Assembly (NCBI RefSeq): GCF_036321535.1
Contig: NC_087437.1
Coordinates: 35,652,001-35,716,000, forward strand
Source: Camelus dromedarius
Taxonomy: Eukaryota
Reading direction: 5' to 3'
Length of the DNA: 64,000 bases
The notes under the pieces are model-generated. The model ran no database searches, had not been told where the DNA came from, and saw nothing but the letters and a program-made list of their open reading frames with translations. Below are positions 53,181 to 64,000 of this stretch, in pieces. A program made the translations under genes and the position numbers. Within the stretch, counting starts at the first letter, position 1. Each line of letters starts with the position of its first letter.

Positions 53181-53844
53181 ACAAAAATGGCCGCTCTTTG
53201 TCGCAAGCATTTCTTTTATGCAGTTTTGATTAAGTCCAAAAGTATAAAGTGAAATTGCAATTCTGTGAGACATCTATTCAGGTAACTCAAGTGACACTTC
53301 TCAGCTGCGTATGGTGTTCTAGAGATCTTTCTTCCTGTGGGTTCTCCCATGACAGTAATTGCAACTGAATTTTTCACAAGAGATAATTGCGTAGAAGATA
53401 ACTCAAAATTAAGATGCTAGTCAACAATGTGGGTCTGGGTTTCCATGATTCTACTAACTGAAGTGGTCACATGAGCATCTTCACCCCAAACTCAGTACTT
53501 ATTATTATCTTTTATGGTTTCAAACGAGGTAAATAATTGGTAAGTGAATAAAAAATCTGCTTAAGGACCATTTAAGTTTAATGAACTTCTTAGTAACATA
53601 TCCTGAAGTCTGTTTAATGTGTCTTCTCAGAGACTCTTCTGAGTATTCCTTGCTTCTTTCCAATCCTTCAATAAATTGCACCAGTGATTTTTATTTCTAA
53701 GTTGTAAGACTTGTTTGAATCTAAGTACCCTGAAATACATTAAAATATAAATACCGAAGAGTTACAAAATTTACAGGATGGACTGGGCCAGGAGTAGTTT
53801 GTAGTACTATATATTGCTTTTTAAGAAATCATTAGTAATATCAA

Positions 53845-53965
53845 TAGGTTGTCAAAATGCCCCAAATTGCCTGGAACTGAGGGGGTTACCAGGATGGGTG
53901 ACTCTCCCAGGATGGGTTTTGTGAGAGAAAAGTTTCTCACAAACTAGGACAAGTTGGTCACTCTG
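53845..53965. mobile_element. MER81/MER94-like hAT-Blackjack MITE
   Basis: ttgcctggaactgaggggg...ccaggatggg...aaactaggacaagttggtcactct. Confidence 0.7.
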
Positions 53966-54067
53966 AAAATATTCACAAATGCTAGAAGTTTGATTTCTCT
54001 CTCTCTCTCTGTGTGTGTGTGTATGTGTGTGTATTCAAGAGAGAGACACAGAGAGAGAGAGAAAGCG

Positions 54068-54490
54068 CTTGCTACTTTGCTGTCTCCAAAAATCAATACT
54101 CACATTTTTCTAAAATAATAGAAATTTAGTTGGGCATATGGTAACAAACTAAAGACATTTCAGCCTCCCTTGCAGCTACGTGTGGCTATGCAACTACACT
54201 CTGGATAGTGAGATGCAAGTAATAGTGATTTGTGAAACTGTGGGATTATGTCCTCTTGAAAGGAAACTGCTTGTCCTCCATTCTTTTTCCTCTCACCCAC
54301 CAGCTGAGACGTGATGACACATAGAACAGTTATCTTGGGTCCAAAAATGAAAGCCATGAGGTCAGAACAGCAGGGCCCTGGAAGCTTTGGTTGACTCACA
54401 TTTAAATAGTTATTATATGAATGAGAAAACTACTCCTATTTTATTTTGAGATTTCTCTATTAACAGCAACTTATCCTATACCCTAAAACA
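54068..54490 (+). mobile_element. MLT1J-like MaLR LTR
   Basis: catttcagcctcccttgcagctacgtgtggctatgcaact...gtgagatgcaagt. Confidence 0.75.
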
Positions 54491-56956
54491 GAGGGGTGAT
54501 GGTCAAGATTCTTGGCTTCTGATTTCCTCGATCCATTTCTATTTCTCATCTTTTCATAACCCTTTAGGCTTATAAGTGTGTGCTTTTTTCCTCTTCTTTT
54601 TTGTTGGAGAGCAAATAATAAAAATTAAACTCCATGATATGTATCATCAGATCATGATATATTGTCTTGCATGAGTTAGTTGAGGGAGATGAAGAAATTT
54701 AGAAAATCAATTTCTTTCCTTTCTTTTAAGAAACCCTGTCTTGCAAGGTGGCTGACTTGCTGGGTACTGGAATATCCTATCTTTGGTGTGAGCTTATTCT
54801 GCATTCCATCTGTATTTCGGTATTTTGAATTGCCCTTGCTTCATGCCAGATAAATACAGTGAGGATCGTGGGTTGAGTAAATATTGATATGACAGCAACC
54901 AATATAATTCAGAGATCTTTAGGATAATATATGAAGGATAAAGGGGTAGGAATATTTTTGTTAATAAAAAATGAAGAACAAACAAGTAAAGACAGAGGCT
55001 AGGAGGATTTGTGAAGTGACTCACAAAGACCTCTTCCCCCAGTTTTCCAAGTGACCAGAGCTACAGTAAGCTTCCTGATTTGACAGTGTCATCATTTCTG
55101 GGGCAAGAAGTAAGGCCTTGGCCTAAACCTCTGTGCCTGTGCAGGTGAGGACCTTGGAAAAAGTGTTTTCTGATTCACAAGACACATGCTGAGACCTGGT
55201 CCAAATCTCAGTTGCCTCCATTGGACAAAGAACAGTGCGAATGCCCAGCAACAAATGAGTGAGCAAAATTGATTCACCTGGAGCTCATCCTGTTCCGGTC
55301 ACTACTGCCTGCATCAAAGAGGTCCCAGATCTGGAGATCTGGAGAAATTCTCTAGAATTTCTTTCCACTGGGGAGTGAAGAAGAGTATCAGAGGGTTAAT
55401 TGTGTATAACTGATAAATTAAGAATTTTATTACCATAAATTCAGGTATAATGCAAAACTATCTTTCTGGTTTTTCTCACACTGGGACTAATTTCTATGTC
55501 AAGCTTCCATTTCCCTTTATGCCGAAAACTTGATCTTTTCACTTAGTCATTCAAGTAATTTTCCCTCATGGCAGCATTTTTTATTTCACTCTGTTTCAGG
55601 AATCGTTCTTCCCTCCTTTTCCCCAGTTGCATTTGGGTTCAGTAGAGCCATACCTGATGTCACAGCATTGGGAGGACAATATCTGGACCTCTGTCAGTAT
55701 CTGTACTTACTGTTTCCCGCTGTGCTATAACTAACTGATCCTGTCTGGTAAGTCCTAAGCTGCTCATATCTCTGCATTGACATTGACTAAAATGGTCCTT
55801 TGCCAATCCAATCATAGATGCCTGAATGGAGGCAGGCATCTGAGCAGCACCCTCGACTGAAAAGTTCTCTTGTTCCTACCACTACAATGACGTTCCTTCT
55901 TTGGTTGAGCTCCAAGATTAGCTCAGAAATATGTCTGCTCTTGTCATTGTGCACAAAGATATTGTAGATGGTGAGACCATCACTTCAACACCTCACAGTG
56001 AGCTTATGCTTTTCTTGGCTGACCCCCCAAAATGCACACACCTAGAAAATAAAGGAGCAAATCCCCTGTGTTCTGGGTCTACCAGAACTATCCCCAAGTC
56101 ACACATATCTCTTACTTTACATGTAAACATTATTACACCCTGCTCCAAATGAGATAATTTTATTGCTCCATTTTAATGGGGAGGAGATTTGTTCAGCAAA
56201 ATTTTCTTTCTATTCTCCTGTTTATGGAAGTACCCGGCTCTTGGATGTTGGAATTCCAGAATAACACTTTTCATTTCTCTTTGTAATTTGGGGGGAAGGG
56301 GGCTTCCCGTTCCACTGAGCAGGAGGATGAGGTCCACTTTGAGTGAGAGAAGGTGGTCAATTACATTAAGAATTTACAGTTCCCAGAAAACTACATTATA
56401 ACTTCGTATACTAATCTACACATGTATCTCCTATTTTTGATCAATGCATCCTAATAAATAGGCCTCTGTTCGAGAGCCCAGTTCTCTTCATCCTATTCAG
56501 GGTGGTCAATGGAGTAGTGATAGTCCTCTCTTGACACAAATCCAATCAGGACACCTGTCATACAAACTAGGGTACGTTTTATTTTTGCCTTGTTTTTATC
56601 TATAATCCTCCTCTCCCACCCTCTAGTTATTCTCCTTCAACAAGGAGTTAGCTTAAATTTACACTTAATTATGTCATATCCACTCCATAAATCGGAAGCT
56701 GACATGTATATTGCTTCTTTTCAATAAATAATAAAATATAGACAAGCTTTCCGTTCCAAGGGGAAAATTTATTTTTCTGTAGCCAAGGCATATTATACCA
56801 ATGGGAGTAGGGAGATGCATACAACCGAACAGATGATATCTTAGTGGTTACTTAGCTCCAGGGTGCTCACTTTATTCTTGAAGGTTCTTCATGGGCAACC
56901 CCAGGCACTAGGGGGGTACATTGTAGTGATTTATACATAGACCCTCTTCACCACCA

Positions 56957-56958
<2 letters not shown>

Positions 56959-56988
<30 letters not shown>
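56959..56988. repeat. (AC)15 microsatellite
   Basis: Directly visible. Confidence 0.95.
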
Positions 56989-56990
<2 letters not shown>

Positions 56991-58434
56991 AAAAAAAGAG
57001 CAGCACTGCCTTACTCACCTCTTTTTATCAAGATTATGCATAAGATGTTGGTTGGAAAATTTTTGGTATCTATAGTTTCCATAACTATTTTAATTTAACA
57101 ATGAAAACAGAACTTTTTCTGGCCAAAGTTACAATCTAGTTTGTTTGAGTTAATTCTAAGTTCTGAGATTTAAATAGAGTTTGTTAGGAGAAACAAAATA
57201 ACAAGAGAACTATATTATATTAATGAATGACTTTAATTAGAAGTATTAATTAAATGGCCTTAATTAGAGGCCAAAGTAATATTAAAAATGTATGACTTCA
57301 AATCATTTATCTTTTCAGTGATTCTGGCAAGAAAGTGGTATTTATCCAAAATGCAAGGATTGGAAGTACTAATTGGTCCTTAGCTTTAATTTACTGAAGA
57401 TCTAGTTTAAGTATAATTAAATTGAAAATCAATAGCTAAAATAATCAGGAAAAATTGTTAATTTAGGAACAAAACTCATTTTATTCTCTAACTTTTTGTG
57501 TAATTAATTTATATAACTAGTTGCATATAAAGTTTAGCCTACCAGACTTTACTTTTATTCTAAACAAAATTTACAAGACAGTAATAGAGATATTATAGGT
57601 GGTTTACTTGTGTAGACATATGAAATATGAAATGTTAACTGCTTAATACTCTTGGAATTAAAAAAAGCTAATATAAATGTGAAAGTCAAGGTGAATGAAT
57701 AATTCCAGAGTAAGGCTTGAAAATGTCTTGGTAAGGGTGTTCCTAATCAGGATAGGGTCTTTAAAATAAAACCTCATAACAATATTATACTACTGCATGC
57801 CCTAATTTTAGGTAAAATAAATACTTTGAAGTTGTAAATCAAACCATTTTGCAAACATTGATGCAAGTGGCGAGCAGAAAGTTTTAGAATTCCCTGAGCA
57901 ATGGAAAGCATTTCAATAATTAAACTTTTTTAGAAATACTAGAAGTTAGATGCAATTCTAAGGAATAGTAGATGCCAAGTTAAGCTTGGTCTGAGATAAA
58001 GTGTTTTCCCCTTTCTTGAAGCATATTAATTTTAAGCCACGTTTTATAGCCTAATAATCTTTACCTTTTCTACATATGTAATTGAAGCTGTTCTCTGCAT
58101 AGGACTTGCCTAATTGCCATCTTCTCCTGAATTATCTTTCCTGAACCTGAGTGGTTGTCACTATCACTCCGTGCATAGTTCTGTTGCAAACTCCGAAAAC
58201 AGTTTTTCGGTTACAATTCGTATGCCACATACTTCTCTGTAAGTAGTGATTTTAGTTGAGATTAAGAATAAACCAAAACTTATCAGACAGGATTTTCCTC
58301 CTGTATCACATGACCTCTAATTTGGTGAATCCTATGGTAAATCTTTTCACTGAGATTCCTCGTGTTGTTCTATTTTTGCCTGACAGCTCCTGGTAGATCT
58401 TCAGTCTATTTATGTCCTAAATCATTGTTTTTCA

Positions 58435-58580
58435 CAGTTCAGTGTGCATACAGAAGGTCTTTTTAAAATACAAGTTCTGATTCGGTGGGTTTGGTGTGGA
58501 ACTTGAGATCTGCATTTGTCACAAGTAATAGGTGATATTAACACTGCTTGGTCCATGGGCCATATTTTGAGTATCAAGAT
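58435..58580. mobile_element. MER5A-like element
   Basis: ttctgattcggtgggtttggtgtggaacttgagatctgcatttgtcacaag...tggtccatgggccatattttgagta. Confidence 0.75.
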
Positions 58581-58877
58581 TCTAGATGTTGTAGGCTCTC
58601 TTTGACTTCTGCTTAAAAAATGTCCTCAAACACAACATTAAGATAGGTTTTCACAAGTATTCTAGTTGATTTTGATATGGGTAGGATGGACAAATTTTGA
58701 GAAACACTATGCTAATATATTATCTGCCAATTGCTTAAAGGTTCTAATTTCTTGGATTTTCTCTATGGTTCCACTTGACCTGGTTACTATGGTATTAATG
58801 TAGAAGTATTTGTGAAAGACATAACTAAAACTTTTTTTTTCAGAAGAATATTTTGACTTGGTAAGTTAATCTTGCTC

Positions 58878-59042
58878 TTAATATTTTAGGCTTTGTGGGC
58901 TGTATGCTTTGTTGCAACTACTCAGTGCTGCCATTGTAGCATGAAAGCAGTCATAGACAATCTGTATACACATGGGTGTGCCTATGTTCTGATAAAACTT
59001 TATTTCTGAGAGCAAGAGGCAGACTAGATTTGGTCCAAAGGA
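58878..59042. mobile_element. MER58 fragment
   Basis: aatattttaggctttgtgggc...gttgcaactactcagtgctgccattgtagcatgaaagcagtcatagacaat...ataaaactttattt. Confidence 0.85.
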
Positions 59043-59428
59043 TGTATTAATTTCAAAACAGAAGCTAGTTTATGGTTCAATACTATATTAAAATTAAAAG
59101 ACTATTATGATTGTAACTATTTTAATTATATGCATAGATTTATATTTCCTTTAATTTTTTAATAACATACAAAATCTAACATGAAATTAACTTTAGCCTA
59201 TGAGATTTCTTACATTTTATAAATGAGTACATTAAGATTCAGGGAGATTAAGTGGCTGTTCAGCATCATATCTTTAGAAAGCAGAATAGCCAGGTCCTGA
59301 GAAAGCTTTATGGCTCTAAGTCCAGTGTTCCTAAGTATCAGACTTTATTGAGGAGATTGCAGAACTGAAGAACTCTGAGTTAGAGTAGCCATTATTAATT
59401 CCACAAACTAATAGAAGCCATATTAACT

Positions 59429-59636
59429 ATTGTTTTTAAAGAAATTATTGAAGGGTAGTTGATTTACAGTGTTAGTTCCAAGTGTACAGAAAAGTGACTC
59501 AGTTATACATATACATACATATATATTTTCTTTTCAGATTCTTTTCCATTATGTGTAATTACAATAATTGAATATAGTTCCCTGTGCTATACAGTAGGTC
59601 CTTGTTTATCTATTTTATGTATAGTATTGTGTGACT
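59429..59636 (-). mobile_element. Artiodactyl-type L1 3' end
   Basis: tagttgatttacagtgttagttccaagtgtacagaaaagtgactcagttatacata...ttgaatatagttccctgtgctatacagtaggtccttg; possible TSD catattaact / catattatct. Confidence 0.85.
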
Positions 59637-60609
59637 CATATTATCTTAAAAATAAAGTAAGTATACTATTCTGATTTTTGCATTTCATGGGAATTGAGTT
59701 TTCTAGAGTCAGGTAAAACTTGCTTGTCAAAGTTTTATACTTTTAGTTGTAGAGACAGTTTTATTCAACTTATTATATTCTGGTACATTAAATATTCATT
59801 CATTCATTCAATGAAATGAGAAGGAGTCAAGAAGTAGAAAAATGTGTCTTTGTGTATCCTTAAGGAAAAATTTCACTGTTGGGAAAATAGTATTGGTTTA
59901 TTAATAATTATGGGCCTTTTGAAGATATCTCACTTAAATATTCAGCAGCACATCCAAAAATGTTTAAATGGATGCTGAAAATGATCTTGAATAGCTCAAT
60001 TTTATTTCTATGCTATTATCTGGAAGAAACATATAAACTGATATAAATAAATTACAATACATATAAATTACGATACACTTAAAAGTACATTAAAGTAAAA
60101 GCCACCCACTGTGTCGGTAATATCTACATAGGGCTGCATCATTAAAACAATTACTTTTAGTTGCAAGAATGAATAGAGCTTCCCAAATAGCTATTTACCA
60201 TATAGGCTGCTGTTGAATGAGTGGGTACCACACCTGAAATGTCACAAAATGCTTTGTTTTCTTTTAAATGTAAAAAAATTATTTGTGGTATCCTTGGAAG
60301 TTATTATAAGTAATTTTTCCTTACCTAAGATATTTAAATATGATATAAACTGATTATTTTCATTATTTACCATACCATTTATAGAACTGTATACCACTTT
60401 ATAATATGAAAATTTTAGACAATCAAAATGACCTTTTTCCAGGCAAATTGCAATCATTTTAGAACCTTTATTTTCTCAAAAGAAAATTAAGTGTTACATA
60501 ATCTTGATTGTGTATATTACAGATTATTATGTTTAAAACTATCAGGCTTATGTCCCACACGCTTATATTTAGACTTGGAGGATAAGAATAACTCTAGATT
60601 CGCATTTAT

Positions 60610-60800
60610 CCAAGTGCAGTCCATGGACCTTGAGCAGTTCCTGAGACCCTTTAGGGGGTCAAACTATTTTCATAATAATAGATCAATAATAATAATAATA
60701 AAGTCCACTGTGTTGACATTTCCAATGAAAATACAGAAGCAATGATGAGTAATCTACTGGCACTCCTTAGAGTCAAGCAAGGTAGAGGCAGCAGCACCTA
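60610..60800. mobile_element. Charlie1-like hAT terminal fragment
   Basis: gtccatggacc...cctgagaccctttagggggtcaaactattttcataataata...cactgtgttgacattt...gcaatgatgagtaa. Confidence 0.7.
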
Positions 60801-63800
60801 AGAAATGAATTCAGAAACACAAATGAAATGAGGACTAATTGTTAGATTTTCAGTTTTGCAAAGGCTCACTTCTTCCGGTTTGCTATTCTTACGTCTCCTT
60901 TTTCTCTTATTTTCTAATTAGTATATAACTCTTGGGGAAAAAATAGGATCTTTATTCTTATTTTCAGAACAGTGGAGAAACAGTGCTGAGGAAACAAGAA
61001 AAGAGAAACTTGGATGGGAAACAGAGGTAGAGGCAACTTTACACAGGGCCAGTTCGGATACATGTGTCTATGGATAGAGCACCGAGATCAGCCTGAGACT
61101 TAGCTTTACTAACCAGCTACCGTGTGAGATTCCTTTTCCAAATTTCTTAATCGAAGCAGCCTGGCGTCATGACAAAAGGGAAAGGTTGCCAGTTCTTGGA
61201 TCCCCTTTCCTTCCTCTGGCCCAGCTCCCCATTACTGTCTCTCCCAACCCCCACTCTAACCCCACTGTGTCCTTAACTCCTTCATCTGGTACCATTAAGT
61301 CATGCCCTGTAGCCCTGTATCCTTTTATCTATACCAAGTCATCTAAATGCAGGGATGTTTCATCCTTTAAAATTTCCACTTGCAAAATGCATTGCACGCG
61401 CTGCTAAAGCAGGGGAAGGAGGACCCTAGAGGCTATGCCCGTGTAATAAACAGTGGTGCTCTGATTTTCTTTCGGGAGTTTATCCAGGCAAGTGATTATA
61501 CCTTTGTTTTAACACATCTGGAATTGAATTTGGATCTGTAAATTGGAAGTACAAACTAGAGCAAAAATGAATTGTTTACATGTTAGAAGAGAGAGGGATT
61601 TAACAGATGAGTTAGGAGACAGAGCCCAGAGGAAAAGAGGGCCAGAGAAAAACAAAGCCATATGATGACAGGAAGGGCTTTGGTGATCAGAAACGCTTCT
61701 TGAGTAGTTTTTAATTTGTCAGCTGTGTGTCATGTGGAATAAATGTTCCTTATAACAAGTGTTCAGCAAAATGTATAACCCTTTCTTAATGCATTTTTGT
61801 AATTGCATTTTTTTAGAGAACAAAAAGAAAATAGGAGTTACCTGTGTGGGTTGATAAGCAAAGAGGCTGCTTATATAAATAGAAGGTTGAGGAATGGAAT
61901 AATAGATAGCTGATATCACAGTCCTAATTCTGCTTTCCAGGAAAGGGCTCTAATTGGTCCAGTTTGCCTCTCCCACTCTTCCTGCACCAATAAACTGTGC
62001 CCCAGGGTCACTTTGTACAAACAGGACATCTCCTCCTGCTTCCATATTAGAGAGGTGTTGTTCTCAGAAAAGTAGGAGATGGGAAACCAAACATTTAAAT
62101 CAATTGGTGTTCCTATTTCTTTTTTTCCTTATAATAATATTTTAGGTTATACGATATTGAGCCAGGTTTCAAATTTTAGCACATTTGACTTGAAACCAAA
62201 ATCACTTCCATTTTGTTTTCTACTAAGAACACTTGCGTAGAAACATAAAAACCAATAAAACATGCAAAAATGGATAAGTTGCAGATGTGTGTGCACGTGA
62301 GAAATCACTAGGCAGTTGGGTCTTCTAAACTTAGAAAATTATTTTAGGGTCATTAGTTTTGATTGCATGTATCCTTTGTAAGAACACTGAATGTTTTGTG
62401 ACCAATTATTATAGGGAAGACTATTACTGGAAGCAGTTGAAAGGTAATTAGAGAAAGGGAAATTAATTTATTTGCTTAGAGAGAATTACATGAATAAAAT
62501 CTCCTTTTAATTTTAAATTAAGTTATGACTTTAAATATGTATCATAAAATTAATAGGGGACTCAGACCCACTGATCTGTGATTTGTTTGAAAATTTGATT
62601 TTTTATTTCTTTTGTTGGTTGAGTGACTTTATGTTCACGCAAATGCTAGTATTCTATTAACTAAGTCTTGCTTCATGTTGCTTGAAAAATAGTAATAAAA
62701 TCAGTTCCAAAGTGTTAAGAAGTCAAATTTCCCAAATTCTAGCAAGGCAATCATTGAGTATTTAAGATTATGTATATAGAAACATAATGAACTATGGAAC
62801 ATACAGAAATATAGGAGTTGTCTCAGAAGAGTATTTCCTGAATGCAGCTGGATAATTTAAATGAATCAAAATTGATATAGCCTTGCAGTTAATAAAAATG
62901 ATGAGTAATAGAGACTTCTAATAATAGAATAAGAACCGTTATTATTTTCAACTTTGTAATATTTAAATTAATTTAATTTTTCACTTGTCTTCTTCCTTTT
63001 TACTTTATCTTTTTCTGCCACAACTGGGAACCTTTCCTGTCTTAAAAGTGGAACTAAAAGTTCTACTAAGAGGCAGTTTGGTTTCTAATAATGCTTTGGC
63101 TGTGTCTTGGAGTACTTTAGATTATTTGGAAGGATGCAAAAACAGTTCACTTTAAAGTATAAAACTTGACATTCTTATCAAAGCAAAAGGGAACAAAGTT
63201 AATAGGTAATTTTATGTCTGGGTACATTGGCTCTGTTATCATCTGTAATGCCTGATGGAGAAGGGTGTGATGTCACTGAAAGGAAAGATATTCCTATTGG
63301 GCAGAAATTGAGAAATCATAGAATTGAATTATAGAAGGGTCCTTGGGAATCAAATCAACCGCCTTCCATCTCACAAATGAGGAAATGGCTGTTCAGAAAG
63401 TGTTCAAATTTCGTCTCTTGTTAGTTCTCTCTCACTTTTAAGCAGGGCATTGTAAATGACTGAATTGTCTGAAAATGAAGTTTTTATTTAAAGATAATGG
63501 CAAAAGATATGAAGGACTGGCAACTGTTGAAGAATAATGTGGCTATGAAATCAGCTTTTCTCTCTCGTGCTTAGGAGAAAAGAATATTTTCCACATGATG
63601 TTTCTTACAAGAAATAGAGAAAAATTTCAACCTTGTCACCGATGTTCATTGTGGCATGAATTCTCAGAAGCAGCTCGGAAGCAATGGTAACTAGTCTACA
63701 TGCCAATGGAAATTGACCATGATGTGATTTTGGTACCCAAGCCAAAGTGTTTAACATTTAGATTATGTTTTCCAGTTAGCTGCTTTTAAAAAAACAATTT

Positions 63801-64000
63801 AGGGTATAATGTCTTATGATGCTTTAAACCAGATGTCTCTGTTTCTAGGCTTTTAAAATTTATACAAATTATCTACTGTGATATAGCAAACCAAATTTTA
63901 GTGTTATTCCACATGTTTAAACACTTGTGTTTCTCAAATACAGTTAAAATTCGTGTATATGTATGTGTGCACATGTATGTAAAGTTCTTGCCACTAAGTC

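Noticed and set aside
53999..54061. 16-bp stem hairpin (possible miRNA precursor)
   Set aside because: The arms are complementary microsatellites, (CT)n-GT versus AC-(AG)n, so this is a low-complexity coincidence.
194..62145. The many 60-134 aa ORFs in the track as protein-coding genes
   Set aside because: They are short, often start at alternative codons, are compositionally biased, frequently lie inside repeats or microsatellites, and show no recognisable domain apart from the L1 ORF2 fragment. This is the expected background for mammalian non-coding DNA.

Overview
AT-rich, CpG-depleted placental-mammal genomic DNA with no recognisable protein-coding exon, RNA gene or prokaryote-style system. 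It reads as a large intron or intergenic region. The lineage is most likely camelid: there is a short tRNA-Ala(AGC)-derived SINE of Vic-1 type at 23476-23579, there are young L1 3' ends, and I saw no Alu, B1, BovB/Bov-tA or PRE-1 elements. Much of the window is decayed transposable-element sequence: L1 of several ages, L2, MIR, MaLR/ERVL LTRs (MLT1, MLT2, LTR40, MER21-like), hAT and Tigger DNA transposons, and microsatellites. The only ORF in the track with recognisable homology is an L1 ORF2 remnant (26608-26919, minus). The most notable sequence-level observations are: (i) a young L1 carrying a 41-nt 3'-transduced tag inside a clear TSD (25004-25563); (ii) an orphan poly(A) insertion with a perfect 16-bp TSD (9483-9533); (iii) a ~260-bp direct duplication of apparently unique DNA (33276-33536 / 34039-34294); (iv) nested TE stacks with intact TSDs; (v) a CpG-retaining patch and a few candidate non-coding or micro-exons. 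I found no evidence for a new multi-gene biological system. Repeat family names come from recalled consensus features, not from a database search, and most repeat boundaries are approximate.
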